A DNA stretch of 64,000 nucleotides from an uncultured Alphaproteobacteria bacterium (GCA_937896365.1 CALBMH010000060.1:1200-65199), one strand, 5' to 3'; positions 1 through 10,100 are shown, counted from the stretch's first letter. The notes: generated from the letters alone by a model not told the origin. Numbers and translations: made by a program.

Positions 1-50
1 GTGAGGTATTGCTCTTCTTCTTTTCGACACGGAGTCCGCTCATGGGTCAT
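1..50 (-). CDS. 5' end of a CDS running off the left edge (possibly a CheW-like coupling protein)
   Basis: Reverse-strand ATG at 50-48 overlaps the cheA stop (49-47) as ATGA. Visible translation is MTHERTPCRKEEEQYL. Only 16 codons are visible, so the CheW guess (acidic run then QYLT, position downstream of cheA) is weak. Confidence 0.3.
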   Translation of the reverse strand, partial: MTHERTPCRKEEEQYL

Positions 51-2647
51 GCTCTTGTTTCCATGGTACACAGTTGGTGAAGAACGCGAATAAGCGTCTG
101 CTGATCTGTCTTACGGACGAAATCGTTGAATCCTGCTTTTTTGCTTTTGAGTATTTCTTCTTCGGTATCGTTGGCTGAAAGAGCGATTACAGGAATGTGG
201 GAAAGCTCCTCGTTTGCTTTAATTTCTGCGAGGAAATCGTATCCGTTTTTATCTGGCATCTCAATATCGCTAATAATAATGTCGAAGGGATGTTTTGCTT
301 CTTTGCACATTTGAAGCCCTTGTTCAGCGCTTGATGCTGTTTTGACTACATAGCCAGAAACGCGAAGGAGAGGGGAAATTAAATTGTGGAAAAATGTACT
401 ATCATCCACCAGGAGAAGTCTCTTGACGACTCTGGGAGATAGACTATGACCGAGTCTTTCGTGCCAATGCGGATAGGCCTTTTTAAAATAAGCTTGGCAA
501 TCAATGATGATTGTTGGTGTATTGGCAATAATGGCTGTTCCAAGAGTTTCACTGTTACTACTTTCAAGCTGTATTTCTGTGGAGTCTTCGACAATCGTCA
601 TAATCTCATCAATTTTCAGAGCAAGCTTGTAGCCGCGGTCTGTAAAGATAAGAATGGGAAGAAAAGTTTCAGGATCAACATCGGTATTTGTAAAATCCAT
701 GAGGGGAATCAGCTGGTCACGGTGACGAAAGATATGTTGTCCATAAATATTTTGAATATCTTTGGCTTGTATTTCATCAATACGGCTGACAAGGGCAAGG
801 GGAACAGCTTTTGTTTTCTGATCTGATTTAAAAATAAGAATAATCGTGCTTTCTCTTACCTTTTCTGCATTGGGTGATTCTTTGGATTCAAAAGGGGAAG
901 CGTTTGTCGGGTCTAATTGGAGATCAAAGTTGTTAGGATCGAGAATGAGCACAACTTCACCGTTCCCAAGAATCGTGCTTCCTGAAAAGGTACTGATTTT
1001 CTTGAGTTTTCGCGAGAGCGGTTTAACAACTATTTCTTGGGAATCATGGATACTATCAACAATGAAGCCAAAGTGCTGATGACCTATTTGTGTGACGATG
1101 ATGTTATGCGCGCTTTTTTCAACATCGTCATGGATAGCTAAGATCTCATCAAGATAGATAAGAGGCAGAAGCTGATTACGCCAGCGCAAAAGGGGCTTGT
1201 CTTGGATAGCCTCAATAGGCTGGCTACTTTTTTTCTTAAAGCTCAAAATTTCAGTGATGGCGAGCTGGGGAATGGCAAAATGCTGTCCTGAGACACTGAC
1301 CAACAGCACTGAAATGATGGAGAGAGTGAGCGGAATCTTCATAATAAAACTACTGCCCTCACCCTTTATCGATTGCATCTCAATGGTGCCACCCAGTTTC
1401 TCGATGTTGGACCGTACGACATCCATGCCCACACCACGGCCGGAGACGTTACTCACCTGTTCTGCTGTCGAAAAACCTGGCTTAAAGATCACCTGGAGTA
1501 TTTGCTCGCTTGACATGCGCTCTGCTTCACTAACAGAAATGACATCTTTTTCAATCGCTTTACGACGAATAATCTCTGGATCAATGCCTTTCCCATCATC
1601 TGTAATCTCAATGACGATATGTCCGCCATGGTGGTAGGACTTGAGGGTAATTGTCCCTGTTTCATTTTTTCCGCATGTTCTGCGTACATTGGGCATCTCA
1701 ATACCGTGGTCCGCTGAGTTTCGTACCATATGAAGGAGGGGATCTTTGATGAGTTCTATGACTTGACGATCAAGCTCTGTATCGGAGCCTATTTGTTTCA
1801 CATTAATCTTTTTTCCAAGCTCTCTGGCGATATCACGTACAAGACGGGGGAGTTTTGTCCATGCGGTTTCGATGGGCTGCATGCGTGTTTTCATAATATT
1901 CTGCTGCAACTCTGTGGTGAGATGGCTTAAGCGCGTCAGAACATTATTTTGTGTGCTCGGTATCTCCATTTCTTCTTTTTGCTGGAACAGTTGATTGCGT
2001 GTTAAAACAAGTTCCCCCACGAGGGCCATCAAATTATCAACGATTTCAAGATTGATGCGGATACTTTGGTTTGTATGGGCGGTTGAACGATCCTCTTCTT
2101 TAGATAGCGAATTTGTTTTTATATCAGGGGCAGTCTTTTCTTCTGGAAGGGTCGGTAGTATTTGATGGGGTTTCAAGGCTGGTTCTGGTTCAGGATCGTG
2201 TGCGGGAGTGTTAGCTTCTTCACTTTCTTCACTTAATTTACCTTCTTCATTTATTGGGGAAGAAACTATCTGGGAGGTGAGACACTGGTCAAGGGCATGG
2301 AGAAGGTCATGATCATTGCCATTGGGTTCAGCGCCTTTTGATTCTATACCATCGGCAATCTGTCGAATTGTATCCAACGCGACGAGAAGTGAAGACGTGA
2401 TCAAGGAAGAGACTCTGAGCTCGCCATCACGCATTTTGCTCAAGACATTTTCAGCACGATGGGCCACTGTTTGCATGCGATAAAACCCAAGAAAGCCGCA
2501 TGTTCCTTTAATTGTATGGAGAATACGAAACGCATTGCGGATAAGCTCCATATTTTCAGGTTCTGATTCCAACGTCAGTACCACTTGCTCGAGTTCTTGC
2601 AAGTTTTCAAAGGTTTCAGAAATAAAGTCCCGTATTATATCATCCAT
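47..2647 (-). CDS. cheA: Hybrid chemotaxis histidine kinase CheA with C-terminal receiver (Hpt, dimerisation, HATPase, two CheW-like segments, REC)
   Basis: ORF 47..2767. Hpt motif HTIKGTCGFLGF; HATPase G-boxes DDGKGID and GRGVGMDVV; two CheW-like segments; REC motif LLVDDS..DIIISDIEMPDKNGYDF..ALSA. I prefer the ATG at 2647 (MDDIIRDFISETF, a typical CheA N-terminus) over the track start at 2767. Confidence 0.9.
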   Translation of the reverse strand: MDDIIRDFISETFENLQELEQVVLTLESEPENMELIRNAFRILHTIKGTCGFLGFYRMQTVAHRAENVLSKMRDGELRVSSLITSSLLVALDTIRQIADGIESKGAEPNGNDHDLLHALDQCLTSQIVSSPINEEGKLSEESEEANTPAHDPEPEPALKPHQILPTLPEEKTAPDIKTNSLSKEEDRSTAHTNQSIRINLEIVDNLMALVGELVLTRNQLFQQKEEMEIPSTQNNVLTRLSHLTTELQQNIMKTRMQPIETAWTKLPRLVRDIARELGKKINVKQIGSDTELDRQVIELIKDPLLHMVRNSADHGIEMPNVRRTCGKNETGTITLKSYHHGGHIVIEITDDGKGIDPEIIRRKAIEKDVISVSEAERMSSEQILQVIFKPGFSTAEQVSNVSGRGVGMDVVRSNIEKLGGTIEMQSIKGEGSSFIMKIPLTLSIISVLLVSVSGQHFAIPQLAITEILSFKKKSSQPIEAIQDKPLLRWRNQLLPLIYLDEILAIHDDVEKSAHNIIVTQIGHQHFGFIVDSIHDSQEIVVKPLSRKLKKISTFSGSTILGNGEVVLILDPNNFDLQLDPTNASPFESKESPNAEKVRESTIILIFKSDQKTKAVPLALVSRIDEIQAKDIQNIYGQHIFRHRDQLIPLMDFTNTDVDPETFLPILIFTDRGYKLALKIDEIMTIVEDSTEIQLESSNSETLGTAIIANTPTIIIDCQAYFKKAYPHWHERLGHSLSPRVVKRLLLVDDSTFFHNLISPLLRVSGYVVKTASSAEQGLQMCKEAKHPFDIIISDIEMPDKNGYDFLAEIKANEELSHIPVIALSANDTEEEILKSKKAGFNDFVRKTDQQTLIRVLHQLCTMETRA

Positions 2648-2915
2648 TATTAGAAAAGTATTGCAAGCGTTTCTAGATCGTCTACTGAATTGTAATTTAA
2701 TAAGATTAAGAGGATGTAAAGTTTCTATAAAAATTTTGAGATTTGGGAGCGCATCTGAGACAAACAAGGCGCATACGAGGAGAACAAAGATATCTCAGGA
2801 AAAATAATTTTGAGAAAACTTTTCTTTTTCAGCATTAACTATTTATTAAGAATTTGATTCCCACAATTAGATGGTGTTGGAAAACATAAAATTTTTATAT
2901 AGAGGGGATTTTTAG

Positions 2916-3992
2916 ATGAAAAAGAGGATTTTAATCACATCGGTGGCATTCGCATTCGTACTGTCAACAGGTTTATCATGGGCTTCAGACAGTATAAAAA
3001 TAGATACTGTCTCAGAAGACGTATTGCCAGATCAGACAGATCAGAAAAAAAAACTTGCCACATGGAGTCTTTTTCATGAGGGGGTGAGCGTGATGCTTAA
3101 ACACGCAGAAAAACAGAGTAAAAATAGCACTAGTCATGTTGAAGAATTAAAGTCTCAGCTGAGGGATGTTGAAGAGGAAAGTGATAAATTAAAACAAAAA
3201 TTTCAGCTTTATCAGAGGGTAGGGAATGCATGCAGTCTTTATGAGCAACTCGATAACATTTGTGGGGGGATACAAAAAGAGTTAGAAAAATGGAGTATAA
3301 GCCAAAACGATTCAAGTCATGCAACTAGTTTGTACAAGAGTGCTTCCGCTCTTTATACGTTACTTGTGATGTCAAGTATTTCTACACCTGCTCCTTTTGG
3401 TAAGGGAAACTATGACGTAAGTCCATTTGGTTCGAAGGCCTCTTTTTTAACAGTTGGGGAGTCTCATCTCTTTATTCCTGGTTCACGTATTGCCTCAGTA
3501 AAAAAACAGACTATCGATATTATCCATACGCGTGAAAATGAGGTTTCTTATTGGACTCTCTCGAATGGTTTTAAAGTTGGGATAAATAGTGTGGATGATA
3601 CAGTAACGATTGACGGATCAAGTACTAATGTTATCTCTTTTAAGGATAGTTCAACACTTATCCTATTTCCATCAAACAAGCGGGGTATTTTCAATAATCT
3701 GGAAAAAGAGGGTGAAGAAAAAGCTCAAGTTGATTGTTCAAAAGCGGCACAAGGAATTGCGGTATCTTATGCTCTAAGTGATGTAAAAACAGAAGAGCTC
3801 ACAGTGAATGTTCCTGGAACGATTTTGTCTGGTGTTAAGGTTATTTGTGATAATGTGAGGAAATTAGATGCGGTTGGGCAGTTGGCGCCTGTTTATAAGC
3901 TCGTGTGCGATGGTGTCGCGCAAGTGAGGAAGGATATTATGAGTGCCCTTGAAAAAGCACAAACAATAGTGAAGACTTATGAAAAAATGTAG
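2916..3992 (+). CDS. Hypothetical secreted protein with coiled-coil segment
   Basis: 358-aa ORF. Sec-type signal peptide MKKRILITSVAFAFVLSTGLSWA; heptad-like charged stretch HVEELKSQLRDVEEESDKLKQKFQLYQ; followed by a strong terminator. I recognise no family. Confidence 0.6.
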   Translation: MKKRILITSVAFAFVLSTGLSWASDSIKIDTVSEDVLPDQTDQKKKLATWSLFHEGVSVMLKHAEKQSKNSTSHVEELKSQLRDVEEESDKLKQKFQLYQRVGNACSLYEQLDNICGGIQKELEKWSISQNDSSHATSLYKSASALYTLLVMSSISTPAPFGKGNYDVSPFGSKASFLTVGESHLFIPGSRIASVKKQTIDIIHTRENEVSYWTLSNGFKVGINSVDDTVTIDGSSTNVISFKDSSTLILFPSNKRGIFNNLEKEGEEKAQVDCSKAAQGIAVSYALSDVKTEELTVNVPGTILSGVKVICDNVRKLDAVGQLAPVYKLVCDGVAQVRKDIMSALEKAQTIVKTYEKM

Positions 3993-4015
3993 AGGATTTT
4001 TGATCTCCTTTTCTG

Positions 4016-4040
4016 GACCCCAACGTGGGGTCTTTCTTTT
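4016..4040 (+). terminator. Rho-independent terminator
   Basis: 7-bp stem gacccca/tggggtc (4016-4022 and 4026-4032), 3-nt loop acg, then tttctttt (4033-4040). It lies 24 nt after the stop of 2916..3992. Confidence 0.75.
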
Positions 4041-4176
4041 ATGACCAATGATCTTCTTAAGCATTCCTATTAAGCGTTCAGCGCTTTAAGCTATTCTCAA
4101 AAAACTTTTTTGCAACAGCTTTGGCATACGAATTGCAGAGTATCTTTTATGCGGGGGAACCTTTTGACTTTGTTCG

Positions 4177-4434
4177 ATGATACATCTATGGCTTTCAATC
4201 ATGATTATTTTTTCCTCTCTCATTCTTACGGGGTGTAATCCTTTTCGCCATTTAGCTCCTGATTCAGCCGACATCCAAACCCGTTATATGGCTCGCCATG
4301 GGGAGTTGCCATCGCCCTATCCTCTTTATTGCTATCATACGTTGGCAGATAAGATGTGCTACAAAAAACCTTTGACAAAAGACGAACAACGCCTTTCAGG
4401 ATACTATGGCCCTACGCCACAACAGTATGAGTAA
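4177..4434 (+). CDS. Small putative lipoprotein
   Basis: 85-aa ORF with lipobox-like SSLILTGC after a hydrophobic N-terminus. The start is uncertain (4177 or ATG at 4201). Confidence 0.45.
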   Translation: MIHLWLSIMIIFSSLILTGCNPFRHLAPDSADIQTRYMARHGELPSPYPLYCYHTLADKMCYKKPLTKDEQRLSGYYGPTPQQYE

Positions 4435-4465
4435 ATCTCTGTAGACACACATTTGACCGCAATTC

Positions 4466-5197
4466 CTAGTCTTTATGAACATGATCATGGTGGTGATGGT
4501 AGGGTGCTACATTCGAAAGGAGGGTGCTCTTGAACAGACCTAGGTACTCAGGGTGTTTTTGAACATCTTCGGGGTGACCCGAGCAGCAAATGTGGTGATT
4601 CAGACAGAATACGGAGTCGCTTTTTGCCATGACCATATGCAAGTCATGGGACACTAGAAGCACACCACACCCTGTTTTATGCCTCACCTGGTCAATGGAC
4701 GCATACAATTCGTCTTGGGTGACGATATCGAGTCCTTGGGAAGGCTCGTCGAGAATCAGAAGGTCAGGGGTATTGAGGGTAGCTTGAATAAACAGAATTT
4801 TTTGGAGCTCCCCTCCCGACAAGAGGTGCATAGGGGTAAGAGCAAGCTTTTGCGCGTTGAACTGTGACAGGTAGTCGTCGATGGAAGATGGGCTTTTCGA
4901 AAACAGGCGAAGGAAGTCCGTGACACGAAGGGGAAGAAAACCATTGAAATGGATCTTTTGCGGCATGTAGCCCACGGTGAAAGGTTTCCTGCGGATTATT
5001 TCCCCCGTCGTGGGAGCAATGAGCCCCAAGATAATCTTAAGGAGCGTTGTCTTTCCTGCGCCGTTGGGGCCAATCAGTGTCGTGACATGTCTTTTAGAAA
5101 GAGTGAGATTGATATCGTAGAGAATTTTCTTCTCATGTGATGCCGAGTCCTTGGAGACATAGCCTAAATTCCTGAGATAAATGAGGGGGGCTGACAT
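4466..5197 (-). CDS. znuC: Zinc-type ABC transporter ATP-binding protein with His-rich C-terminal tail
   Basis: Walker A GPNGAGKTTLLK, signature LSGGELQK, Walker B LLILDEP, C-terminal YHHHHDHVHKD. The ATG at 5197 is preceded by aaggtgg at 5-nt spacing, so I prefer it to the GTG at 5206. Confidence 0.8.
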   Translation of the reverse strand: MSAPLIYLRNLGYVSKDSASHEKKILYDINLTLSKRHVTTLIGPNGAGKTTLLKIILGLIAPTTGEIIRRKPFTVGYMPQKIHFNGFLPLRVTDFLRLFSKSPSSIDDYLSQFNAQKLALTPMHLLSGGELQKILFIQATLNTPDLLILDEPSQGLDIVTQDELYASIDQVRHKTGCGVLLVSHDLHMVMAKSDSVFCLNHHICCSGHPEDVQKHPEYLGLFKSTLLSNVAPYHHHHDHVHKD

Positions 5198-5383
5198 AAA
5201 GGCCACCTTAGCATACTTGCTTTTAAAAAGGGAGAGTCATAAAGACATTCGGCGAGGAAAGGAAAAAGATTCAAGAGCGTGTGCTTTGAAACAGTGTACC
5301 CCTTTGTGTTTTCTTTTTCTCCCTTGACACATGCGACAATTTAGCCTAGTCAGAGAATGTTAATAATAAAAGTGGAATAAAAA

Positions 5384-6310
5384 ATGAAAAAAATTCTTTT
5401 GCCTTTAATGCTTTCTCTTTTCTCAACAAGTGTATTTGCTATGATTCAAAATGATGAGCAAGAGGTTTCTACACAAGAGATTTCCAAAGCAGATGCTCCT
5501 AAAAAAAGGATGAGCTGGCGCGAACAACTTCCTAGCAACCTTATCATTCATAATTTGCCTGCGAATAAAAAGCATACATTTAAAGTCACAGGCACGATTG
5601 TAGCGGACAGTCAAGAAACCCCCTTTAGTGTTGATAAGATTGAAGCTGTTTCGGCAACGACAACGGGCATCATGTGGGTAAAGCGTACAGATATTCTTAA
5701 CACTATTCAAAGTCTTCGTCTCTTTAAAAAGATTTATGGTTTAGAAGAACATCAATCCCGTATTACATCTCTTAGTGTTCTTTCTGTAGAGTATGAAGGG
5801 AATTCTGTTTCTTATACCGTTAACGAGAAAGAAAAAATCCCCTATGTTTTAAAATATGTTCAGCCAGAAAAACAAAAAGTGCAACTTGTGTCTGGTGTAA
5901 ATCCTCGATATAGTATCCTAAAAAATCAATTATCCGCTGATCACTTTTTCTTTCATTGCCAGCCTAGCTTAGATAATTATAACCTAAGAATAGACTTTGA
6001 CATAATGAAAGATGATAAACCTGTGGGGTCGAGTTTTATCGAAATTATCTCTCAAGGTGGTGCTGTGCTTTTTTCAGTTAGTGCTGAAGATATTATTTTC
6101 AAAATAACGGATGAAAGCATCATTAAATCTTTTTTCAATACATATGATCGTATGCCTTCTCTAATCTTAAAATCATATGTCCTCTCTTGTGGAAAAATCT
6201 CTAGCTACGGTCATCTGTTTTCGTTCAGCGAAAAGAAGAGGGGTCCCAATTCCCAATTTCACTCCTTATTAAATGTTGTTAATGAAAATCATATATCATA
6301 TAAATATTAA
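5384..6310 (+). CDS. Hypothetical secreted protein (orphan)
   Basis: 308-aa ORF with signal peptide MKKILLPLMLSLFSTSVFA. Followed by a 43-bp terminator module that recurs after the next gene. No family recognised. Confidence 0.6.
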   Translation: MKKILLPLMLSLFSTSVFAMIQNDEQEVSTQEISKADAPKKRMSWREQLPSNLIIHNLPANKKHTFKVTGTIVADSQETPFSVDKIEAVSATTTGIMWVKRTDILNTIQSLRLFKKIYGLEEHQSRITSLSVLSVEYEGNSVSYTVNEKEKIPYVLKYVQPEKQKVQLVSGVNPRYSILKNQLSADHFFFHCQPSLDNYNLRIDFDIMKDDKPVGSSFIEIISQGGAVLFSVSAEDIIFKITDESIIKSFFNTYDRMPSLILKSYVLSCGKISSYGHLFSFSEKKRGPNSQFHSLLNVVNENHISYKY

Positions 6311-6317
6311 AGAAATC

Positions 6318-6360
6318 AAATAAATTTTCTCAAAATGAGCCCCGCTTCGGCGGGGTTTTT
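6318..6360. repeat. 43-bp repeat copy 1 (terminator-containing module)
   Basis: aaataaattttctcaaaatgagccccgcttcggcggggttttt is identical base for base to 7044..7086. Confidence 0.95.
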
Positions 6361-6361
6361 T
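6340..6361 (+). terminator. Rho-independent terminator (GC stem, UUCG tetraloop)
   Basis: ccccgc (6340-6345), loop ttcg, gcgggg (6350-6355), then six T. Confidence 0.9.
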
Positions 6362-6434
6362 ATTATCTCCAATTTTTTCTAAGGTTCGCAATAAAATAAT
6401 TATTTACAATAGATAATGTTTGTTCTATTACAAG

Positions 6435-6460
6435 ATTGTAACTAAATATTGTAACTAAAA
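6435..6460. repeat. Two tandem 13-bp direct repeats just upstream of the RBS of 6473..7042
   Basis: attgtaactaaat (6435-6447) and attgtaactaaaa (6448-6460) match at 12 of 13 positions. They are followed by ggag (6463-6466) and the ATG at 6473. Confidence 0.8.
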
Positions 6461-6472
6461 ACGGAGTAAAAA

Positions 6473-7042
6473 ATGAAAAAACTATCTTTATTTTTAATGT
6501 CATCTTTTGTGGCAACAGCTTCTATGGCGATGCAAGACAGTGCCTTAGAGGGAGATTCTGTGCAACAACAAACTCTTTCTCCAACTTATGAGCGCGTTAT
6601 TTCAGGACAGGAAGATTTTACCTTTAAACTAAACACTCATTACGTTAATTCTCTCCCTATAAAGGTTTCTTTTACAGGGGTTTTGTCTGCTGGAGATAGA
6701 AAAGAAACTTTTGATATTAATTTTAATCATAATGTATCTTTAGCTAAAGATACACCTCTTACTCTTACAGGCGCCCAGATTATTTCATCAGCGGATCTTA
6801 GATCAGGGGATTTTATGTCTGATTGGGCAATAAAACCAACCATTCTTGCTGAAGCTTTGGCGAAACAAATCACCCCAAAACTAGAACTTCACTCCATAAA
6901 TATTCGTGTTAATGTTTACAATGGCTATAATACTTTTACATCTGCCTTTTCAGAAAACTTTTATCAAAACTCTTATTCTTTTGATATCAATGGAAAATTA
7001 GAAGGTTCTTCTATGGAAGAAAAAAAGGTTAGATATTCTTAA
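6473..7042 (+). CDS. Hypothetical secreted protein (orphan, possibly a distant paralogue of 5384..6310)
   Basis: 189-aa ORF with signal peptide MKKLSLFLMSSFVATASMA. The segment VSFTGVLSAGDRKETFDIN resembles FKVTGTIVADSQETPFSVD in the upstream protein. It carries the same 43-bp 3' module. Confidence 0.6.
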   Translation: MKKLSLFLMSSFVATASMAMQDSALEGDSVQQQTLSPTYERVISGQEDFTFKLNTHYVNSLPIKVSFTGVLSAGDRKETFDINFNHNVSLAKDTPLTLTGAQIISSADLRSGDFMSDWAIKPTILAEALAKQITPKLELHSINIRVNVYNGYNTFTSAFSENFYQNSYSFDINGKLEGSSMEEKKVRYS

Positions 7043-7043
7043 T

Positions 7044-7086
7044 AAATAAATTTTCTCAAAATGAGCCCCGCTTCGGCGGGGTTTTT
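7044..7086. repeat. 43-bp repeat copy 2 (terminator-containing module)
   Basis: Identical to 6318..6360. It starts 2 nt after the stop of 6473..7042. Confidence 0.95.
7066..7086. terminator. Rho-independent terminator between convergent genes (6473..7042 and nrdJ)
   Basis: ccccgc (7066-7071), loop ttcg, gcgggg (7076-7081), then ttttt. The A-run on the opposite side (ctcaaaat) is weaker, so function for nrdJ is less certain. Confidence 0.85.
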
Positions 7087-7118
7087 CTTTTCTACAAAGC
7101 CTTAAAAGTGGATGCTGT

Positions 7119-10100
7119 CTACGAACACCCACTGGTTGCACCGCAGGTCATACATTTAAGGCATGTACCATTACGCACCATTGTGAAATTGCCACAATCA
7201 CTGCAGGCGTCGCCTTGGTAGCCCTTGAGTTTGGCCTGGGCACGTGCATCATAGGTGCCTGTCGCTGCAGCTTTACCCATATTCAACATGACAATATTAT
7301 CATTACTGGCGAGCATTTCCTCACTTAGGGGTATTGTTACTGCTTCTCTATCAGCATCATCTGTAAAGGTTTGGTAGTCAGATCTCTCCCCAATGGTATC
7401 GGGACGAAGGTCACTTTCGGCAATTTGCACATGGGCAAGGTCATCACGTCCCAGATAGCTAATCGCAAGCTCTCGGAAAATGTAATCGAGAATGGATGTC
7501 GCCATCTTTACACGGTCATGACCGTCCACTGGGCCTGCAGGTTCAAAACGCGTAAATGTAAAGGCCTCTACGAATTCTTCCAAAGGCACGCCATATTGTA
7601 GGCCGATGGAAATTGCCATAGCAAAGTTATGCATTAAGGACCGGAAAGCAGCTCCTTCCTTGTGCATATCGATAAAAATCTCTCCAAGACGACCATCATC
7701 ATACTCACCGGTGCGGATATAAATCTTGTGTCCAGCGACCGATGCTTTTTGTGTATAGCCCGTACGACGGCTGGGGAGTTTCTGACGTTGAGAAATGAAT
7801 TTCTCGATCACTTTTTCGACAATCATGGGTGTGACAGTGGCTACTTGCTGGGTTTTGGGCATCTCTTGAATATCTTCGTCGATGAGATCATCATCCATGA
7901 CCATCGTACTAAGGGGCTGAGAGAGCTTGGAGCCATCACGATACAGGGCATTGGCTTTAAGACCAAGGCGCCAGGACATTAAGTATGCTTCCTTACAATC
8001 TTCAATAGTAGCCTTATTGGGCATATTAACAGTTTTGGAGATGGCACCCGAGATAAAAGGCTGCACCGCTGCCATCATGCGGATGTGGCTTTCAACGGAA
8101 AGATATCGCTTACCAATACGACCACAAGGATTCGCACAATCGAAGACGGGAAGATGCTCTTCCTTCAAATGGGGTGCTCCTTCGAGCGTCATGGTGCCGC
8201 AGCAGTAATTATTTGCTGCTTCAATATCTTCTTTACTAAAGCCAAGATGTGTTAGCAAATCAAAATGTGGGCTATTCATTTGTTCATCGCTAATGCCAAG
8301 CTTTTTGTAAAGCTCTTGACCAAGCGTCCAAACATTAAAAGTAAACTTAATATCAAAAGCAGACGTTAAGGCATCACGGAGTTTTTCAATATGAGCTTCA
8401 TCAAACCCTTTGCGATGAAGGAGCTCAAAATTTACGCCTGGAGCGTCATCAAGAGTGCCGTAACCAATGGCATAAGCTTTAATATCTTCAACCTGTTTCT
8501 CATTGTATCCAAGTTTTTTAAGGGCGAGGGGGACCATCTGGTTAATGATTTTGAAATAGCCGCCGCCCGCAAGCTTTTTGAATTTCACAAGAGCGAAGTC
8601 AGGCTCAATGCCTGTGGTATCACAATCCATGACAAGGCCAATGGTACCGGTAGGAGCAATACAGGAATGCTGTGCGTTACGATAACCATATTTTTCCCCA
8701 AGACTTAAGGCATCATCCCAAGCTCGTGTTGAGGCTTGAATGAGTTCAGGAAGAGGACAATCTTTTGCTATAAGAGAGACAGGGAGAATACCTAGCTGTT
8801 CATATCCTTTGAGTTCCCCATAGGCTGAGCGTCTGTGGTTACGTATCACACGGAGCATGTCCTCTTTATTCAAGTCGTAGTGCTTGAAGGTCCCCACCAT
8901 TGCCGCCATCTCTGCCGATGTTTTATAGCCCACACCTGTTAAAATGGCTGCAAGGGTTCCCCCAATGGCACGCCCTTGCGCACTATCATAGGGAATACCC
9001 ATCGCCATGAGGAGACCGCCCAGGTTAGCATAGCCAAGCCCGAGGGTTCGGAACTCATAGGAAAGTTTTGCAATTTCCTTGGAGGGAAACTGAGCCATGT
9101 AAACAGAAATTTCGAGGACAATGGTCCACATCATGACCGCATGTGTATAAGCTTCTACGTCAAAGGAACCATCATCTTTTAAAAATGTAACTAAGTTAAT
9201 GGAAGCAAGATTACACGCTGTATCATCAAGAAACATGTATTCAGAGCAGGGATTCGACGCATTGATGCGACCACTTTTGGGGCAGGTATGCCAGTCATTG
9301 ATTGTTGTATCAAATTGAATTCCAGGATCAGCGCAGGCCCACGCTGCGAAGGTAACTTCCTTCCAAAGGTCGCGAGCCCTCATTGCTTTAAAGGATTTGC
9401 GGTCTCTGCGTGCGATTAAATGCCACTCATTATCTTGAATCACTGCATCCAAAAAGTCGTTCGTCACGCGCACAGAGTTATTGGAATTCTGCCCTGACAC
9501 CGTGAGATAGGCGTCAGAATCCCAATCTGTTGTGTAGGTCTCAAAGCTTAGTTTGCGCATACCCAGTGCTGCCATTTGTAAAGCACGCTGAATATAGTTT
9601 TCGGGTATAAATATCTCACGCGCTTTTTTTATAGCTTCCCGTAGTATTGCGTTTCTTTTAGGATCGCGCGCCTCCTCAGGACTAAGGCTCTCTAAATAGC
9701 ATGCTTCGAGAATATTGTTGAGGTGTTTGTGATTAAGCTTCGACCCTGTTACAAGGGCGGCTACTTTCTGTTCTTCGATCACTTTCCAACGAATAAACTC
9801 CACGATATCGGGATGATCCATATCCACAACGACCATTTTCGCTGCTCGCCGCGTTGTTCCACCCGATTTAATTGCCCCTGCGGATCGATCGCCAATTTTG
9901 AGGAAACTCAGTAATCCTGATGATTTGCCGCCGCCGGATAAAGGTTCTCCCGCTCCGCGGATATTGGAGAAGTTCGATCCTGTGCCTGATCCGTATTTGA
10001 AGAGACGTGCCTCGCGCGTCCAGGTATCCATAATTCCACCCTCATTGACAAGATCGTCACTGACGTGTTGTATGAAACAGGCGTGGGGCTGAGGACGTTC

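Noticed and set aside
5356-5369. Zur-box-like half site aatgttaataataa upstream of znuC
   Set aside because: Only one half resembles the AATGTTAT..ATAACATT palindrome. It lies about 160 nt from the znuC start and 15 nt from the ATG of the divergent gene, so it is more likely just A+T-rich leader sequence.
6318-7086. CRISPR-like interpretation of the repeated 43-mers (and of the heptamer array at 51526)
   Set aside because: There are only two copies, separated by a whole gene. Each copy is a canonical terminator. There are no cas genes. The heptamer array is a coding microsatellite.
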